Assembly (NCBI GenBank): GCA_019057795.1
Contig: JAHLWS010000069.1
Coordinates: 32,001 to 96,000 of the forward strand
Source: Promethearchaeota archaeon
GTDB lineage: Archaea > Asgardarchaeota > Lokiarchaeia > Sigyniarchaeales > SOKP01
DNA: 64,000 nt
Direction of reading: 5' to 3'
Positions within the stretch are counted from its first letter, which is position 1. Each line of letters opens with the position of its first letter. Made by a program: the position numbers and the translations under genes. Below the pieces are notes generated by a model. The model did not search any database. It was not told the origin of the DNA and was given only the letters and a program-made list of their open reading frames with translations. Positions 29,814 through 40,315 of this stretch are shown one piece after another.

Positions 29814-30455
29814 TTGACAAACAGAAAAATCAAAGAAGAAATAATTTCATTACTCATAGATCATGTTCGGATTATTTACTCTATTATTAGCGACATGGGC
29901 GTGTATTATACCACCTGGGCAGAAGACTTTGAGGCTAATAAGAAAAGTTTAGAAAAGAAAAAAAGTAAAATGCAATTATCAGAAGAAGAAGGTGACGAGC
30001 TAAAAATTCGCTTAATACAGAACTTTTCAGAGGCTGAAGCTTTCAATCTCGGAGATTATGTAGCATTAATGTTGAAGATGGATAATGTTATTAATTATCC
30101 CCTCGAATTTGTCGATATGTTAGCAAAAATTAACTTAACTGGTAAAAGTGCAAATAAGATTAAGAAGAAATATCATAAGTTAATAAACCAAATTATGGAA
30201 ATGGCTGGTATCTTGAAAATAGCTATAAAAAACTTAAGGGATAATCAGGATAATGTCTTTGATAACACAACTACAATTCATGAACTTGAATCTAAAATTG
30301 ACAGAACTTATAGGCAATTTCTTGAGTTTTTATATTCTAATGTTGAAGACATAAGAATTTTACTACGTATCAGGGATAGTATTGTGTTACTGGAGCAGTT
30401 GGCAGATCGTATCCACGATATTGCTGATTTAATGAGAGTTTTGCTGTATCAATAA
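29814..30455 (+). CDS. DUF47 / PhoU-like phosphate transport regulator
   Basis: Duplicated helical motifs EEEGDELK and ELESKID, plus EQLADRIHDIAD. Confidence 0.8.
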   Translation: MTNRKIKEEIISLLIDHVRIIYSIISDMGVYYTTWAEDFEANKKSLEKKKSKMQLSEEEGDELKIRLIQNFSEAEAFNLGDYVALMLKMDNVINYPLEFVDMLAKINLTGKSANKIKKKYHKLINQIMEMAGILKIAIKNLRDNQDNVFDNTTTIHELESKIDRTYRQFLEFLYSNVEDIRILLRIRDSIVLLEQLADRIHDIADLMRVLLYQ

Positions 30456-30653
30456 ATAATCTCATCCTATATTACATCAAATTCGTTCTTTTTTAAACCA
30501 AACATCATATTCTTTCTTAAAATCGAAACAACTCAATATTTTTTTAGCAAATTCCTTAAAACCATAAAAAATATGGAAAAATTTATACCTATTTTTACAT
30601 TATTCTATTTAAAATAACTTTAATTGAGTTAAAATATAAAACAAGTACAATTT

Positions 30654-31025
30654 GTGAATACTATGAACGGAAAAATGAAATTTTATTCATTGTTAGGATT
30701 TTTCCAATTAGTGCTTATATTAATTGTGTTTTTTAGTGTAGATGGAATTATCACTATGGTTGCAGCACAAACAGAGAGTTTTGATTACTATAATTCTCCA
30801 ACAGCGGCGATTTTAGCGATTTCAGCAGCAATCTCCCTTTCAGCAGCAGTATTAGGAAGTGCAATCGCTTTAAAAACAGTAGGTACAGCAGCAATATCAT
30901 CTTTATCCGAAAGAGAAGAAAGTTTTTTTAAAGCATTCTTAGTTGTTGCATTGTGTGAGGCTTTAGCCGTATATGGTTTAATTGTTGCCATCCTCCTCTG
31001 GACAAAAATCCCCACGCCAGGATAA
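30654..31025 (+). CDS. atpK: A/V-type ATPase proteolipid subunit K (c)
   Basis: Single hairpin with the conserved Glu in VALCEALAVYG, preceded by an N-terminal hydrophobic segment. Confidence 0.9.
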   Translation: MNTMNGKMKFYSLLGFFQLVLILIVFFSVDGIITMVAAQTESFDYYNSPTAAILAISAAISLSAAVLGSAIALKTVGTAAISSLSEREESFFKAFLVVALCEALAVYGLIVAILLWTKIPTPG

Positions 31026-31065
31026 TCTTGATTTACATTTAAAATCGTTAAGAAGGTGTTTTTTT

Positions 31066-32127
31066 ACGAGTGAAATTATTCCGTCTTATGCTTATACATA
31101 TATTAAAATCGATTATTTAAAACTATTAATAATTGATGATGACACTTTACTAAAACTTAAAAGAATCTACGATATTGATGACTTCATGGAATCTATTAGA
31201 CCTTACTATCCTAATTTAGATTTCAAAGAAAATACTATTGAAGATATTGAAGTAGCTCTTAATAATAATTATATTAAGCTAATTGGTAAAATTTTACATT
31301 ATTCCCCCCAAAACATGAGAATATTCTTAAGAAATTATCTCATGAAATTTGAAATACAAAATCTCAAACAAATAATCATCAGTTTAATTTTAGGAATTAA
31401 TCTAGAAGAAAAAAGAAAATACATTAATTTTTTAGTTGAAGAATATTTAGATAACACGGAATTCATTGAAGAATTGCTTAAATTTACTTCTTTAGACGAA
31501 ATACAATTATTTCTTAAAAGAACTAAATACAATATAGCTATTAGAGAAGGGATTCTTTACTTTAAGAAAAATAAAGAAATTTTTATTCTGGAAGCTTTTT
31601 TAGATCAATTATATTATAAGCAACTTAATGCTCAACTGGAACGTTTAAATAAAAAAGAGAAAACAATGATATCGTTGTTTGTGAAATATAAAACTGAAAT
31701 TTATAATATAAATGTGATTTATAGGGGAATAAAAAATAAAATTGAAGGAAAATTATTATCTCAATTTCTTGTAAATAATTATTTATTCCTAAATGAAAGT
31801 AAATTAGAACAATTGTTAAATCTTGATAATGTTGATGAATTTATATCAATTATTAAAGAATATTTGAAGAATATTAAGGAAACAAAACCATTTTTTATCA
31901 AGCTAAAAATTAATCAAAAACACTTAATTAGGTCAATTGAACAATTTTATATAACTTATTATTTTAAGAAATTTAAGATTAAAATTGACGATATTGATTT
32001 TTTCACCATTTACAAAATTTTAGAAATACTTATAAAAAAAGGGGGAGAAATCCGATTTATTATATTACCCCAGGTAATTAAGATCCTTCACTATAAGTTT
32101 AAAGCGTTAAAAACGCAGAAATTTTAA
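31066..32127 (+). CDS. atpC: A/V-type ATPase subunit C (d); probable ACG start
   Basis: N-terminal YAY motif, FEIQNLK, LEAFLDQLYY and EIYNINVIYRG; operon position fits. The ORF-track TTG start at 30982 lies inside atpK. Confidence 0.8.
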   Translation, partial: TSEIIPSYAYTYIKIDYLKLLIIDDDTLLKLKRIYDIDDFMESIRPYYPNLDFKENTIEDIEVALNNNYIKLIGKILHYSPQNMRIFLRNYLMKFEIQNLKQIIISLILGINLEEKRKYINFLVEEYLDNTEFIEELLKFTSLDEIQLFLKRTKYNIAIREGILYFKKNKEIFILEAFLDQLYYKQLNAQLERLNKKEKTMISLFVKYKTEIYNINVIYRGIKNKIEGKLLSQFLVNNYLFLNESKLEQLLNLDNVDEFISIIKEYLKNIKETKPFFIKLKINQKHLIRSIEQFYITYYFKKFKIKIDDIDFFTIYKILEILIKKGGEIRFIILPQVIKILHYKFKALKTQKF

Positions 32128-32187
32128 AGTTAATTATGAAATTATGAAATAAAATATTTAATAGATAATAATATGTGAGTTGTAATA

Positions 32188-32499
32188 ATGCCAATTTTTA
32201 AATGGGTTGAAGAAATCGAAAATATTTATGAAAATTTGATTGAAAACGCTAAAAAAGAAAGTTTAGAAGACATTGAGAAATTAAAAGCTTCATTAGAAAA
32301 AAATATGGAAAAAAAACTTCATAATAATCAAGAAATTATTAATTCTGCCTTAAAAACACTTTCAAAAGAAATTGATGAAAAATCATTAAAATTCGGAGAG
32401 TCAATATCAAAATTATATAGCAAAATAGAAAAAAATTATTATGAAAATAAGGAAGGATTAATGAATTTAATATTTGAGAAATTAGGATTTGATTTTTAA
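32188..32499 (+). CDS. A/V-type ATPase subunit H/G (peripheral stalk)
   Basis: 103-aa Glu/Lys-rich helix (IENAKKES) within the ATPase operon. Confidence 0.65.
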   Translation: MPIFKWVEEIENIYENLIENAKKESLEDIEKLKASLEKNMEKKLHNNQEIINSALKTLSKEIDEKSLKFGESISKLYSKIEKNYYENKEGLMNLIFEKLGFDF

Positions 32500-32816
32500 T
32501 GCCTGATAAAAAAATACATGTATTAGGTTACGACGAAATAGTTTCATTGTTTGGTCTTTTAGGTATTGAAGGAACGATAATTAAACATAATGAAGATTTT
32601 TTAAAAATTTTTAAAAATTTAATAAAAAAATCTTCTGTTGCTATGATAATTATATACATGGATTTATCAGACGAAAATCTCGAATTTCTAACAGATTTTA
32701 AAATAAATAATAGGACACCATTTGTATATTTATTACCAAATATTTTTCAACAAGATATAAAGAATCAAGATAAGGTATTAAACAAAATTTACGAATTGAT
32801 AGAAGAAATTATATAA
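32499..32816 (+). CDS. atpF: A/V-type ATPase subunit F
   Basis: IHVLGYDEIVSLFGLLGI resembles the IAVIGD.DTV.GF.LAG motif; size and position fit. Confidence 0.8.
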   Translation: MPDKKIHVLGYDEIVSLFGLLGIEGTIIKHNEDFLKIFKNLIKKSSVAMIIIYMDLSDENLEFLTDFKINNRTPFVYLLPNIFQQDIKNQDKVLNKIYELIEEII

Positions 32817-32850
32817 AAAAAGATGATCGGCCATTAGTGAAGGAAATGAC

Positions 32851-33555
32851 ATGAAAGAGAGATTTGGAAAACTAAGTTTGTATTTAATAAATCAAGCTGA
32901 AAATGAGATAAAGAAGATCAATCAACAATCCCTCTTTCAAATGGCAGAAGTTAGAAAAAAAGCTAGGGAAAGAACTTCAGAAAGCTCTTTAAAATTGAAA
33001 GCGCATTTTAACGAAACATACAATAAACTATTAAATAATTCTCTATCTTCTTATCTCTTGAAAATTAAAGAAGAAGTATTAAAATCTAAAAACAAATTAA
33101 TGTTGGAACTTATTTCAGATTTAACAGACTTAATAAAAGACAAAATAAAAAATAATTATTCGAGCTACATTAGTTTTTTACTAAAAAATCTTGAAAATAT
33201 CAAGGATTTTGTGGATAAACCCCCGGAGATTATCATTCACTTAAATTCAATAGATTTTAAATATTTCAGCAATAATATGGGAAAGATTGAAAGTATATTA
33301 AGAAATAAAATAAGTTTAGTCAAGTCAGAAGAAGAATTTACGGGAGGTTTTAAGTGTGTAATTATGGCCGGACATTTATCTTACGATTATACGATTGAAA
33401 ATCAATTAAAGAAGATCACACCGATTATAGAAATTGAGTTTTCAAAGATTTTTTCTGACTCCGAGACTGATATTAGAGCTCTAGAAAATAATTATATTGA
33501 ATTTATCCAAAATCAAAAATTAGCTGTAAACGAATATTTAAAGAAATATGAATGA
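32851..33555 (+). CDS. atpE: A/V-type ATPase subunit E
   Basis: N-terminal coiled coil and C-terminal GGF...DYTIE motif; overlaps the atpA start. Confidence 0.8.
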   Translation: MKERFGKLSLYLINQAENEIKKINQQSLFQMAEVRKKARERTSESSLKLKAHFNETYNKLLNNSLSSYLLKIKEEVLKSKNKLMLELISDLTDLIKDKIKNNYSSYISFLLKNLENIKDFVDKPPEIIIHLNSIDFKYFSNNMGKIESILRNKISLVKSEEEFTGGFKCVIMAGHLSYDYTIENQLKKITPIIEIEFSKIFSDSETDIRALENNYIEFIQNQKLAVNEYLKKYE

Positions 33556-35389
33556 AATTAAAGAAAAAATTAAGTCCGGATATATCTCATCTATAAACGG
33601 ATCCTTAATAGAAATAAAAGGCTTAGAAAACTATGTACGGCTAAATGATTTAATTAAGGAGTCTAAACATAAAATTTTAGGCGAAGTAATCCAAATTTAT
33701 TCAGATCATGTTACTGCTCAATGTTTTGAAAATACTTCTAATTTAAAATTAAATGAAGAAGTTATTAGTTTACAAGAACCCTTATCAATGGAATTAGGTC
33801 CTGGTTTATTAGGACATATCTTTGATGGTATTCAAAGACCATTGGAAGCAACTTTTTTGAGTTCTAAAGGCGAAGGATTTTTAAAGAGAGGAGTTGATTT
33901 ACCTGCTTTATCAAGAGCGAAAAATTGGCATTTTAAACCAGTAAAAAAGATAAATGATTATGTAAGTACGGGGTATGTAGTTGGAACCGTTCAGGAAACA
34001 GAACTCATTGAACATAAGATTATGATTCCATTAGGAATTTCCGGAAAAATAACCTATATTGCAGAAGAAGGAGAATATACTGTTAGTGACGAAATTTACC
34101 GCTTGAAAAATGGTTCCAAAGAAAAATCGTTTAATATGATTCAAAAATGGCCAATCACCAAAAATAGGCCTTATAAAGAGCGAGGCTTTCCTAATGAACC
34201 ACTAATTACAGGAATGAGGGTAATCGATTTACTATTTCCAATAGTAAAGGGAGGTACAGTTGCCGTTCCTGGAGGATTTGGAACGGGCAAAACGGTAATC
34301 CAACAATCTCTAGCAAAATGGTGTAACGCAGATATAATTATTTTTGTTGGATGTGGAGAACGAGGAAACGAGATTGCAGACGTCTTAAAACAGTTTTCTG
34401 AAATAAAAGATCCAAAAAGTGGACGCCCGTTATTAGAACGAATTGTTATCCTAGCTAATACATCTAATATGCCCGTATCTGCGCGAGAAGCAAGTATATT
34501 TTCTGGAGTTACAATTGGTGAATATTTTAGAGATATGGGGTATGATGTAGCAGTTTTAGCAGACAGTACTTCAAGATGGGCAGAATCATTACGGGAAATA
34601 TCAGGGTTATTAGAAGAAATGCCGGCCGAAGAAGGATATCCGGCTTATTTACCCTCTAAAATTTCTAGCTTTTATGAAAGAGCTGGTGTTGTTAAGATAT
34701 TGGGAGAAAAAGATTCTGGAAAAGAGAAATTCGGGTCTATAACAATTATTGGTTCAGTATCACCGCCTTCAGGAGATTTCAGTGAGCCCGTTACTTCAAC
34801 TACAAAGCGTTTTGTTCAGGCTTTTTGGGCATTAGATGCGAGTTTAGCATATTCTAAACATTATCCTGCGATTAATTGGTTAAATTCATATTCAAAATAT
34901 CCTGAATTCATCTCAGATTGGTGGTTTGAAAGAGATATTTATTGGCCTGAGATAGATATAGATTGGTACGAGTGTAGAAAACAAATAAATAGCATCCTAT
35001 CTCAAGAAAACGAACTAAAAAATGTCACCCAATTAGTTGGTGAAGAAAACTTACCAGAAAATCAACAATTTATCCTATTCATTTCACGATTGATTAGAAA
35101 TGGTTTATTAATTCAAAATGCCTTTGATTCTATAGATTGTTTTACAGACGTTAAAAAATTAATTGGAATAGTAAAACTCATTCTATTACTATTTAAAGAA
35201 GGCAATCAACTCTTAAAGCAAGGTTTTCTAATTGAAGATATCAAAGAACTCGATGTTGTAAATGATATTCTTAGGACTTGCCGTACTGTTCCTAATAATA
35301 ATTTTGTTCAAATAGAGAAATTAAGAAAGAAAATGCTAAACGAAATAGAGTCATTAAAATTAACATATGGTATTTTTAGGAAAAAATGA
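33548..35389 (+). CDS. atpA: A/V-type ATPase catalytic subunit A
   Basis: ELGPGL, DGIQRPL, P-loop [39 protein letters not shown] and FYERAG. Confidence 0.96.
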   Translation: MNEIKEKIKSGYISSINGSLIEIKGLENYVRLNDLIKESKHKILGEVIQIYSDHVTAQCFENTSNLKLNEEVISLQEPLSMELGPGLLGHIFDGIQRPLEATFLSSKGEGFLKRGVDLPALSRAKNWHFKPVKKINDYVSTGYVVGTVQETELIEHKIMIPLGISGKITYIAEEGEYTVSDEIYRLKNGSKEKSFNMIQKWPITKNRPYKERGFPNEPLITGMRVIDLLFPIVKGGTVAVPGGFGTGKTVIQQSLAKWCNADIIIFVGCGERGNEIADVLKQFSEIKDPKSGRPLLERIVILANTSNMPVSAREASIFSGVTIGEYFRDMGYDVAVLADSTSRWAESLREISGLLEEMPAEEGYPAYLPSKISSFYERAGVVKILGEKDSGKEKFGSITIIGSVSPPSGDFSEPVTSTTKRFVQAFWALDASLAYSKHYPAINWLNSYSKYPEFISDWWFERDIYWPEIDIDWYECRKQINSILSQENELKNVTQLVGEENLPENQQFILFISRLIRNGLLIQNAFDSIDCFTDVKKLIGIVKLILLLFKEGNQLLKQGFLIEDIKELDVVNDILRTCRTVPNNNFVQIEKLRKKMLNEIESLKLTYGIFRKK

Positions 35390-36777
35390 GCGTAATTTAT
35401 AGAAAAATAAAACAAATTGTTGGACCTTTAATATTTCTAGATAATAGACACGATGTACAATATGGTGAAATCGTTAAAATTCATTCTGATGATGGAAAAG
35501 AACGTATAGGCCAAGTCGTAAAAATGGATGAAAAGATTATAACAATTGAAGTATTTGAAAATACAGCTGGACTTTCTTCAGAAAATTCTACAATTACTTT
35601 TACTGAAGATTCTTTTAAGATAAAAATTTCAAGTGATATGATTGGAAGAGTTTTTAACTCCTTAGGAAAACCTATTGATATTAATACGAAACAAGTGTTA
35701 GATTCAGACATTTTTACCGAAATTGAACGGGATATAAACGGTTTACCAATTAATCCTTTTGCAAGAGAATATCCAACGCAAGTCATCCAAACGGGAATAT
35801 CGGTAATAGACGGTCTTTTTACCTTAATAAGAGGACAAAAACTCCCAATATTTAGTGGTCAAGGATTACCCCATAATCTATTAGCTGCTCAAATTGTTAC
35901 TCAAGCAAAAGTTTTGACAGAAGAACCATTCTTAATAATTTTTTGTGGAATTGGAATTATCCAAGATGAAGCAATTTTTTTTATGAATCGTTTTAAAGAA
36001 AGTGGAAACATACAAAATATCATTTCTTTTATCAATTTTGCTGACGATCCAATAATGGAAAGACTAATAATTCCGCGCGTAGCATTAACTACTGCGGAAT
36101 ATTTTGCATTTGAAAAAGATATGCATGTTCTTGTTGTTTTAATAGACATGACGAATTATGCTGAAGCTTTAAGAGAACTAAGCTCCGCCAAAGAAGAGAT
36201 TCCTAGCAGAAAGGGGTATCCGGGTTATTTATACACTGATTTCGCATCGATCTATGAAAGAACTGGTAAAATTAAAGGTAAAAAAGGGACAATAACCCAA
36301 TTACCGATTTTGACGATGCCTAACGACGACATTTCTCACCCAATTCCGGATACAACAGGGTACATAACTGAAGGTCAGTTAGTTCTAAATCGTAACTTAG
36401 AAAAAAAAGGAATATATCCCCCTTTTGAAGTCTTAGCGTCTATATCACGACTTATGAAAGACTCAATCGGTAAAGATACTACTAGGGAAGACCATGCTGA
36501 TGTTAACTCTCAACTATTAGCATCGTATTCAGCTGCCCTTGAAGTTAGAGATCTTATATCGATTGTGGGGGAAGATGGATTAAACTTAAATCAAAAATCG
36601 TTATTAAGATTTGGTAACTTTTTCGAACAAAATTTTTTAAATCAAGGGTACACAGAGGAAAGGGATTTTTCAACGACTCTCAATATTGCATGGAAAGCTT
36701 TATCTAATTTACCAAAAAATCAATTATTTAGAATACATGACGATTTTATTGATAAGTATTACATTGAAGAGGTGTAA
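35386..36777 (+). CDS. atpB: A/V-type ATPase subunit B
   Basis: [44 protein letters not shown] and arginine-finger SRLMK. Confidence 0.96.
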   Translation: MSVIYRKIKQIVGPLIFLDNRHDVQYGEIVKIHSDDGKERIGQVVKMDEKIITIEVFENTAGLSSENSTITFTEDSFKIKISSDMIGRVFNSLGKPIDINTKQVLDSDIFTEIERDINGLPINPFAREYPTQVIQTGISVIDGLFTLIRGQKLPIFSGQGLPHNLLAAQIVTQAKVLTEEPFLIIFCGIGIIQDEAIFFMNRFKESGNIQNIISFINFADDPIMERLIIPRVALTTAEYFAFEKDMHVLVVLIDMTNYAEALRELSSAKEEIPSRKGYPGYLYTDFASIYERTGKIKGKKGTITQLPILTMPNDDISHPIPDTTGYITEGQLVLNRNLEKKGIYPPFEVLASISRLMKDSIGKDTTREDHADVNSQLLASYSAALEVRDLISIVGEDGLNLNQKSLLRFGNFFEQNFLNQGYTEERDFSTTLNIAWKALSNLPKNQLFRIHDDFIDKYYIEEV

Positions 36778-36783
36778 GTATCA

Positions 36784-37422
36784 ATTAGTTTTAGAGAGTT
36801 TAAGCCCACAAAAACAAATTTAATGAGTCTACAGAAAAGGTTAACTTTTGCTGTTAAAGGCGAAAATTTTCTAAAATTTAAATTAGAACAAATAATATTT
36901 GAAATCAAAAAAAATTGGGATAATTATTTAAAACAACGTGAAATCTTTTTAGAATTATTCAAAGAAACTATGATTAAACTTAATCAAACATATAAAGAAA
37001 TGGGTAAACGAGAATTTAATTTAATTAGCAAATTAAGTAAAATCCAATATAACCCAATGATTTCTATAAATTATATAAAGAAGATTGGAACATTAGTGCC
37101 AATAATAGATTACAAACTGATACGGGAGGAATCGCTTCCAGCTTACTCTTTTGAAAATACATCTCATTATCTTGATGATTTGATTATTCTTTTAATAAAG
37201 TTTTTTGAAAGCCTTATAATTTTTTCACAGTCTGAAGATCTATTATTGAAACTCTCCCTAACTTTTAAAAAAATAAATCGTAGGATAAATGGTCTAAAGA
37301 ATGTAATAATTCCTGAACTACAAATAGACATTAAAAAAATTAAAGCTATATTAGAAGAAATTGAAAGAGAGAATTATGTTCGGTTAAAAAATACAAAAGA
37401 TCTTATTACAAAAAATGTTTAA
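36784..37422 (+). CDS. atpD: A/V-type ATPase subunit D; probable non-ATG start upstream of ATG 36823
   Basis: INRRINGLKNVIIP and LEEIERENYVRLK. The conserved N-terminal PT motif (KPTKTNL) is encoded in frame upstream of the first ATG. Confidence 0.85.
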   Translation: MSFREFKPTKTNLMSLQKRLTFAVKGENFLKFKLEQIIFEIKKNWDNYLKQREIFLELFKETMIKLNQTYKEMGKREFNLISKLSKIQYNPMISINYIKKIGTLVPIIDYKLIREESLPAYSFENTSHYLDDLIILLIKFFESLIIFSQSEDLLLKLSLTFKKINRRINGLKNVIIPELQIDIKKIKAILEEIERENYVRLKNTKDLITKNV

Positions 37423-37439
37423 GTGAGGAATGAAAAAAA

Positions 37440-39728
37440 ATGACAAAGAAAAGCCCAATGGAATTATTTAAGGTAAATATTAATCGTAATTACAAGGATC
37501 TTCTATTACAACACCTATCCCAGCTTAATCTAGTTCACATTAAAACGAAACCTGAAATAAGCGACATAATTGAAAAAGATAAAGTTTTGTTTGATAGAAT
37601 TAAGAAATTAAGCCAAAATTTAGAAACCTTATTCAAAAACCTTAATATTACTGAATCTGACTTCCAGAAATTAATATTTGAAAAAGAAGAGAGAAAAGAA
37701 TTTGATGCTAAAGATATAGACGATTTGTTAAATCAAATATTGAGTGAAATTAATTTTTATTCAAACCGTGTTAATGAGTTAAAAAGATATATGATCACTA
37801 TCAAAGTGGAATTGGATAAAATAAATTTGATTCATGTAAGTTACATATTTTTGGAAAAATATGATTTAACGCGAACTAAATTATCGAAGTTTAATCGATT
37901 AGAATTTAAAGCCTTTACAACCTTCTCAAAGAACCTCGAAAATATAGAGAATCTTTTTGAATTTTCTTATTTTCCGAATTTTTTTCAGTATGATTTTTTA
38001 AGCGATGAAAGAATTGCCTTTTTCGTAATCTATCCAAAGGAAAAAGAAGAGGCATTTAGAGAGAGAATACGCCTCATTCATGCCGAAGAAGTACCGATTC
38101 TTAAAAAATATTTGCAGTCAAATGGGATAAACTTTCCTCGTATAGCAGATGAAATCAAGTTTATTGTGTCGTCCTTAAATAAATATCAAAAGGAATTAGA
38201 ACGATTAAGAGACAATAACATACTATTATTTGCTGCTACGAATGAGATCATGCAAAATATAGAAGAATATAATTGGGCTTCACATCAATTCGAAGAATTA
38301 TCTTTAAATCGATTAAGTTTGAGTTTTTTTATTCCACAAGAAAAAAAACAAGAAATACAAAAGGGGTTGATTGAAAAGTTCCAAGATCAAATAACGATTG
38401 AATCAATCGCTATTACAAAAGATAGATCTGTTAGTTTAAAAGAAGATAAGAGCCATATACGCCCAAGAAAGTCACCAGACTCCAAAAGGAAAGACTCTTC
38501 ATTAAAGGAAGAACCGACCAATAATAATAAAGAAATTAAAAAGGATTTAAGAAATACAGCTCCTACAATTATGAAGAATAATTTCTTTATGAGACCCTTT
38601 GAAACTATTACTAAAATGTACGGTGTTCCTGCTTATTCAGAAATTGATCCCACTCCCTTTTTGGCAATAACATTCCCAATTTTGTTTGGATTGATGTTTG
38701 GGGATATTGGACATGGTATCACATTAATTATCTCCGGTTTAATTGGAGCATTTGTCTTTAGGAACAAAAAAAGTACCGATTTCTTAAATTTTTGCTGGAT
38801 CATTCTGTATTGTGGAATCGGTTCTATACTAGTTGGGATTTTATATGGCGAATTTTTTGGGATGCATGACATTGAATTATTTGGAACGATTTTTTTACAC
38901 TTAGAACCTGTTACCATTCCATTTTTGAATATCACTTTACACAATCCATTGGAAAATATAATGGTTGTTTTTAAGTTTGCTATATTAATTGGGGTAGTAC
39001 ATATTAATTTGGGCTGGTTCATACAATTTTTGAATTATTGGAAGCAGCATAGAAAATACTTAGGTTTTACTGACTCTTTAGTTAAAATCTGGTTATTAAC
39101 TGGGGGAACTATTTTAATTTTTACTTTTGGTTTTGATATCTATGTATGGATGGCACCTCCTTACCCAATTTTGTTGCCCTTGCTCCCAGGTATATTATTA
39201 ATACTCTTAAAACCATTTGGCAAAATTTTCCACATTTCTTATTTGAAAGAAGAGACAATTGGAGGCCTTATAGGGGAAGGTACAATGGAGTCATTTGAAA
39301 CATTATTATCGATAATGAGCAATGTAGCATCTTATATAAGATTACTAGCTTTAGCTTTAGCACATATCTCTTTAATGGTCGCAATTCAAGCAATGGGGAA
39401 TTTATTTCAAGGTGGGGCGTTTATTAACGAGATAATTAATATAGTAGGATTGATATTAGGTAATACGCTTGTTATTTTACTAGAAGGATTACTTGTTTTT
39501 ATAAATACCATCAGGCTCCATTTTTATGAATTTTTCTTCAAATTCTATCAAGGAACTGGAGTTACATATATCCCTTTTTATTTAGACGATGAATATTCTA
39601 TCGTTTCCTTTAAATTAAGCGCCATAAAAGATGTTATTTCCGAAGAAATAGATAAAGAGATTGAATCAAAGAAAACTCATGAGGATATAATTAAAGCAGA
39701 AAAATACATTTATAAAAAATATTTATAA
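37440..39728 (+). CDS. atpI: A/V-type ATPase subunit I (a)
   Basis: PTIMKN, YGVPAYSEIDPT, FGLMFGDIGHG, essential Arg in SYIRLLALALAH, and IRLHFYEFFFKFY. Confidence 0.95.
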   Translation: MTKKSPMELFKVNINRNYKDLLLQHLSQLNLVHIKTKPEISDIIEKDKVLFDRIKKLSQNLETLFKNLNITESDFQKLIFEKEERKEFDAKDIDDLLNQILSEINFYSNRVNELKRYMITIKVELDKINLIHVSYIFLEKYDLTRTKLSKFNRLEFKAFTTFSKNLENIENLFEFSYFPNFFQYDFLSDERIAFFVIYPKEKEEAFRERIRLIHAEEVPILKKYLQSNGINFPRIADEIKFIVSSLNKYQKELERLRDNNILLFAATNEIMQNIEEYNWASHQFEELSLNRLSLSFFIPQEKKQEIQKGLIEKFQDQITIESIAITKDRSVSLKEDKSHIRPRKSPDSKRKDSSLKEEPTNNNKEIKKDLRNTAPTIMKNNFFMRPFETITKMYGVPAYSEIDPTPFLAITFPILFGLMFGDIGHGITLIISGLIGAFVFRNKKSTDFLNFCWIILYCGIGSILVGILYGEFFGMHDIELFGTIFLHLEPVTIPFLNITLHNPLENIMVVFKFAILIGVVHINLGWFIQFLNYWKQHRKYLGFTDSLVKIWLLTGGTILIFTFGFDIYVWMAPPYPILLPLLPGILLILLKPFGKIFHISYLKEETIGGLIGEGTMESFETLLSIMSNVASYIRLLALALAHISLMVAIQAMGNLFQGGAFINEIINIVGLILGNTLVILLEGLLVFINTIRLHFYEFFFKFYQGTGVTYIPFYLDDEYSIVSFKLSAIKDVISEEIDKEIESKKTHEDIIKAEKYIYKKYL

Positions 39729-39748
39729 AGTAGGTTTATTGTAAAAAT

Positions 39749-40273
39749 ATGAAAACCGAAAACACGAAAGAAAACTCATCCAAGAAAAATATTTTTCTCA
39801 AAATATTACTACCAATTGTTTGTCTAGTTGTGATAATCTTTTTATATATTATTTTGATGGAATTTGGAGTACATCCACTTCTCATTATTTTAATACTAGG
39901 ATTTGTGCTGTTACTGTTTGTAGGATCCTTTTTTATGGAAAAAAAGCAAAGCCCAATTTATTCAAAAATTTTTCCTTATAAAAAAAGAAGAAGTCAAGAT
40001 TTTCATCGAAAATTGGAAATAAAGATAGAAACGGAACCTGAGAAACCGGTTCAAAAAGATTTTAAAGAAGTGAATCTAAACTTTAAGTATCGCAAATCCC
40101 TTATGAATAAATGCGAAAATTGCGGGATGCTTATAACAAGCTACAGGAAAAATTGCCCTACATGTGGTCAAGCACTTGAAATGAAAGAAATTGTGAAGAA
40201 ATGTAAAAATTGCGGAATGTTAATTACAAAGTCTGTGAAAATATGTCCAATTTGTAGAAAGCGAACAATATAA
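39749..40273 (+). CDS. Two-TM membrane protein with a C-terminal double zinc ribbon
   Basis: Two hydrophobic helices followed by CENC..CPTC and CKNC..CPIC. Confidence 0.8.
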   Translation: MKTENTKENSSKKNIFLKILLPIVCLVVIIFLYIILMEFGVHPLLIILILGFVLLLFVGSFFMEKKQSPIYSKIFPYKKRRSQDFHRKLEIKIETEPEKPVQKDFKEVNLNFKYRKSLMNKCENCGMLITSYRKNCPTCGQALEMKEIVKKCKNCGMLITKSVKICPICRKRTI

Positions 40274-40315
40274 TAAAAAACATAATGTTAACTTACATGG
40301 TAGGATTAGTAAAAA

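Noticed and set aside
30982-31065. ORF-track N-terminal extension of atpC from TTG 30982
   Set aside because: It overlaps atpK by 44 nt and encodes non-homologous residues. An SD-preceded ACG at 31066 fits better.
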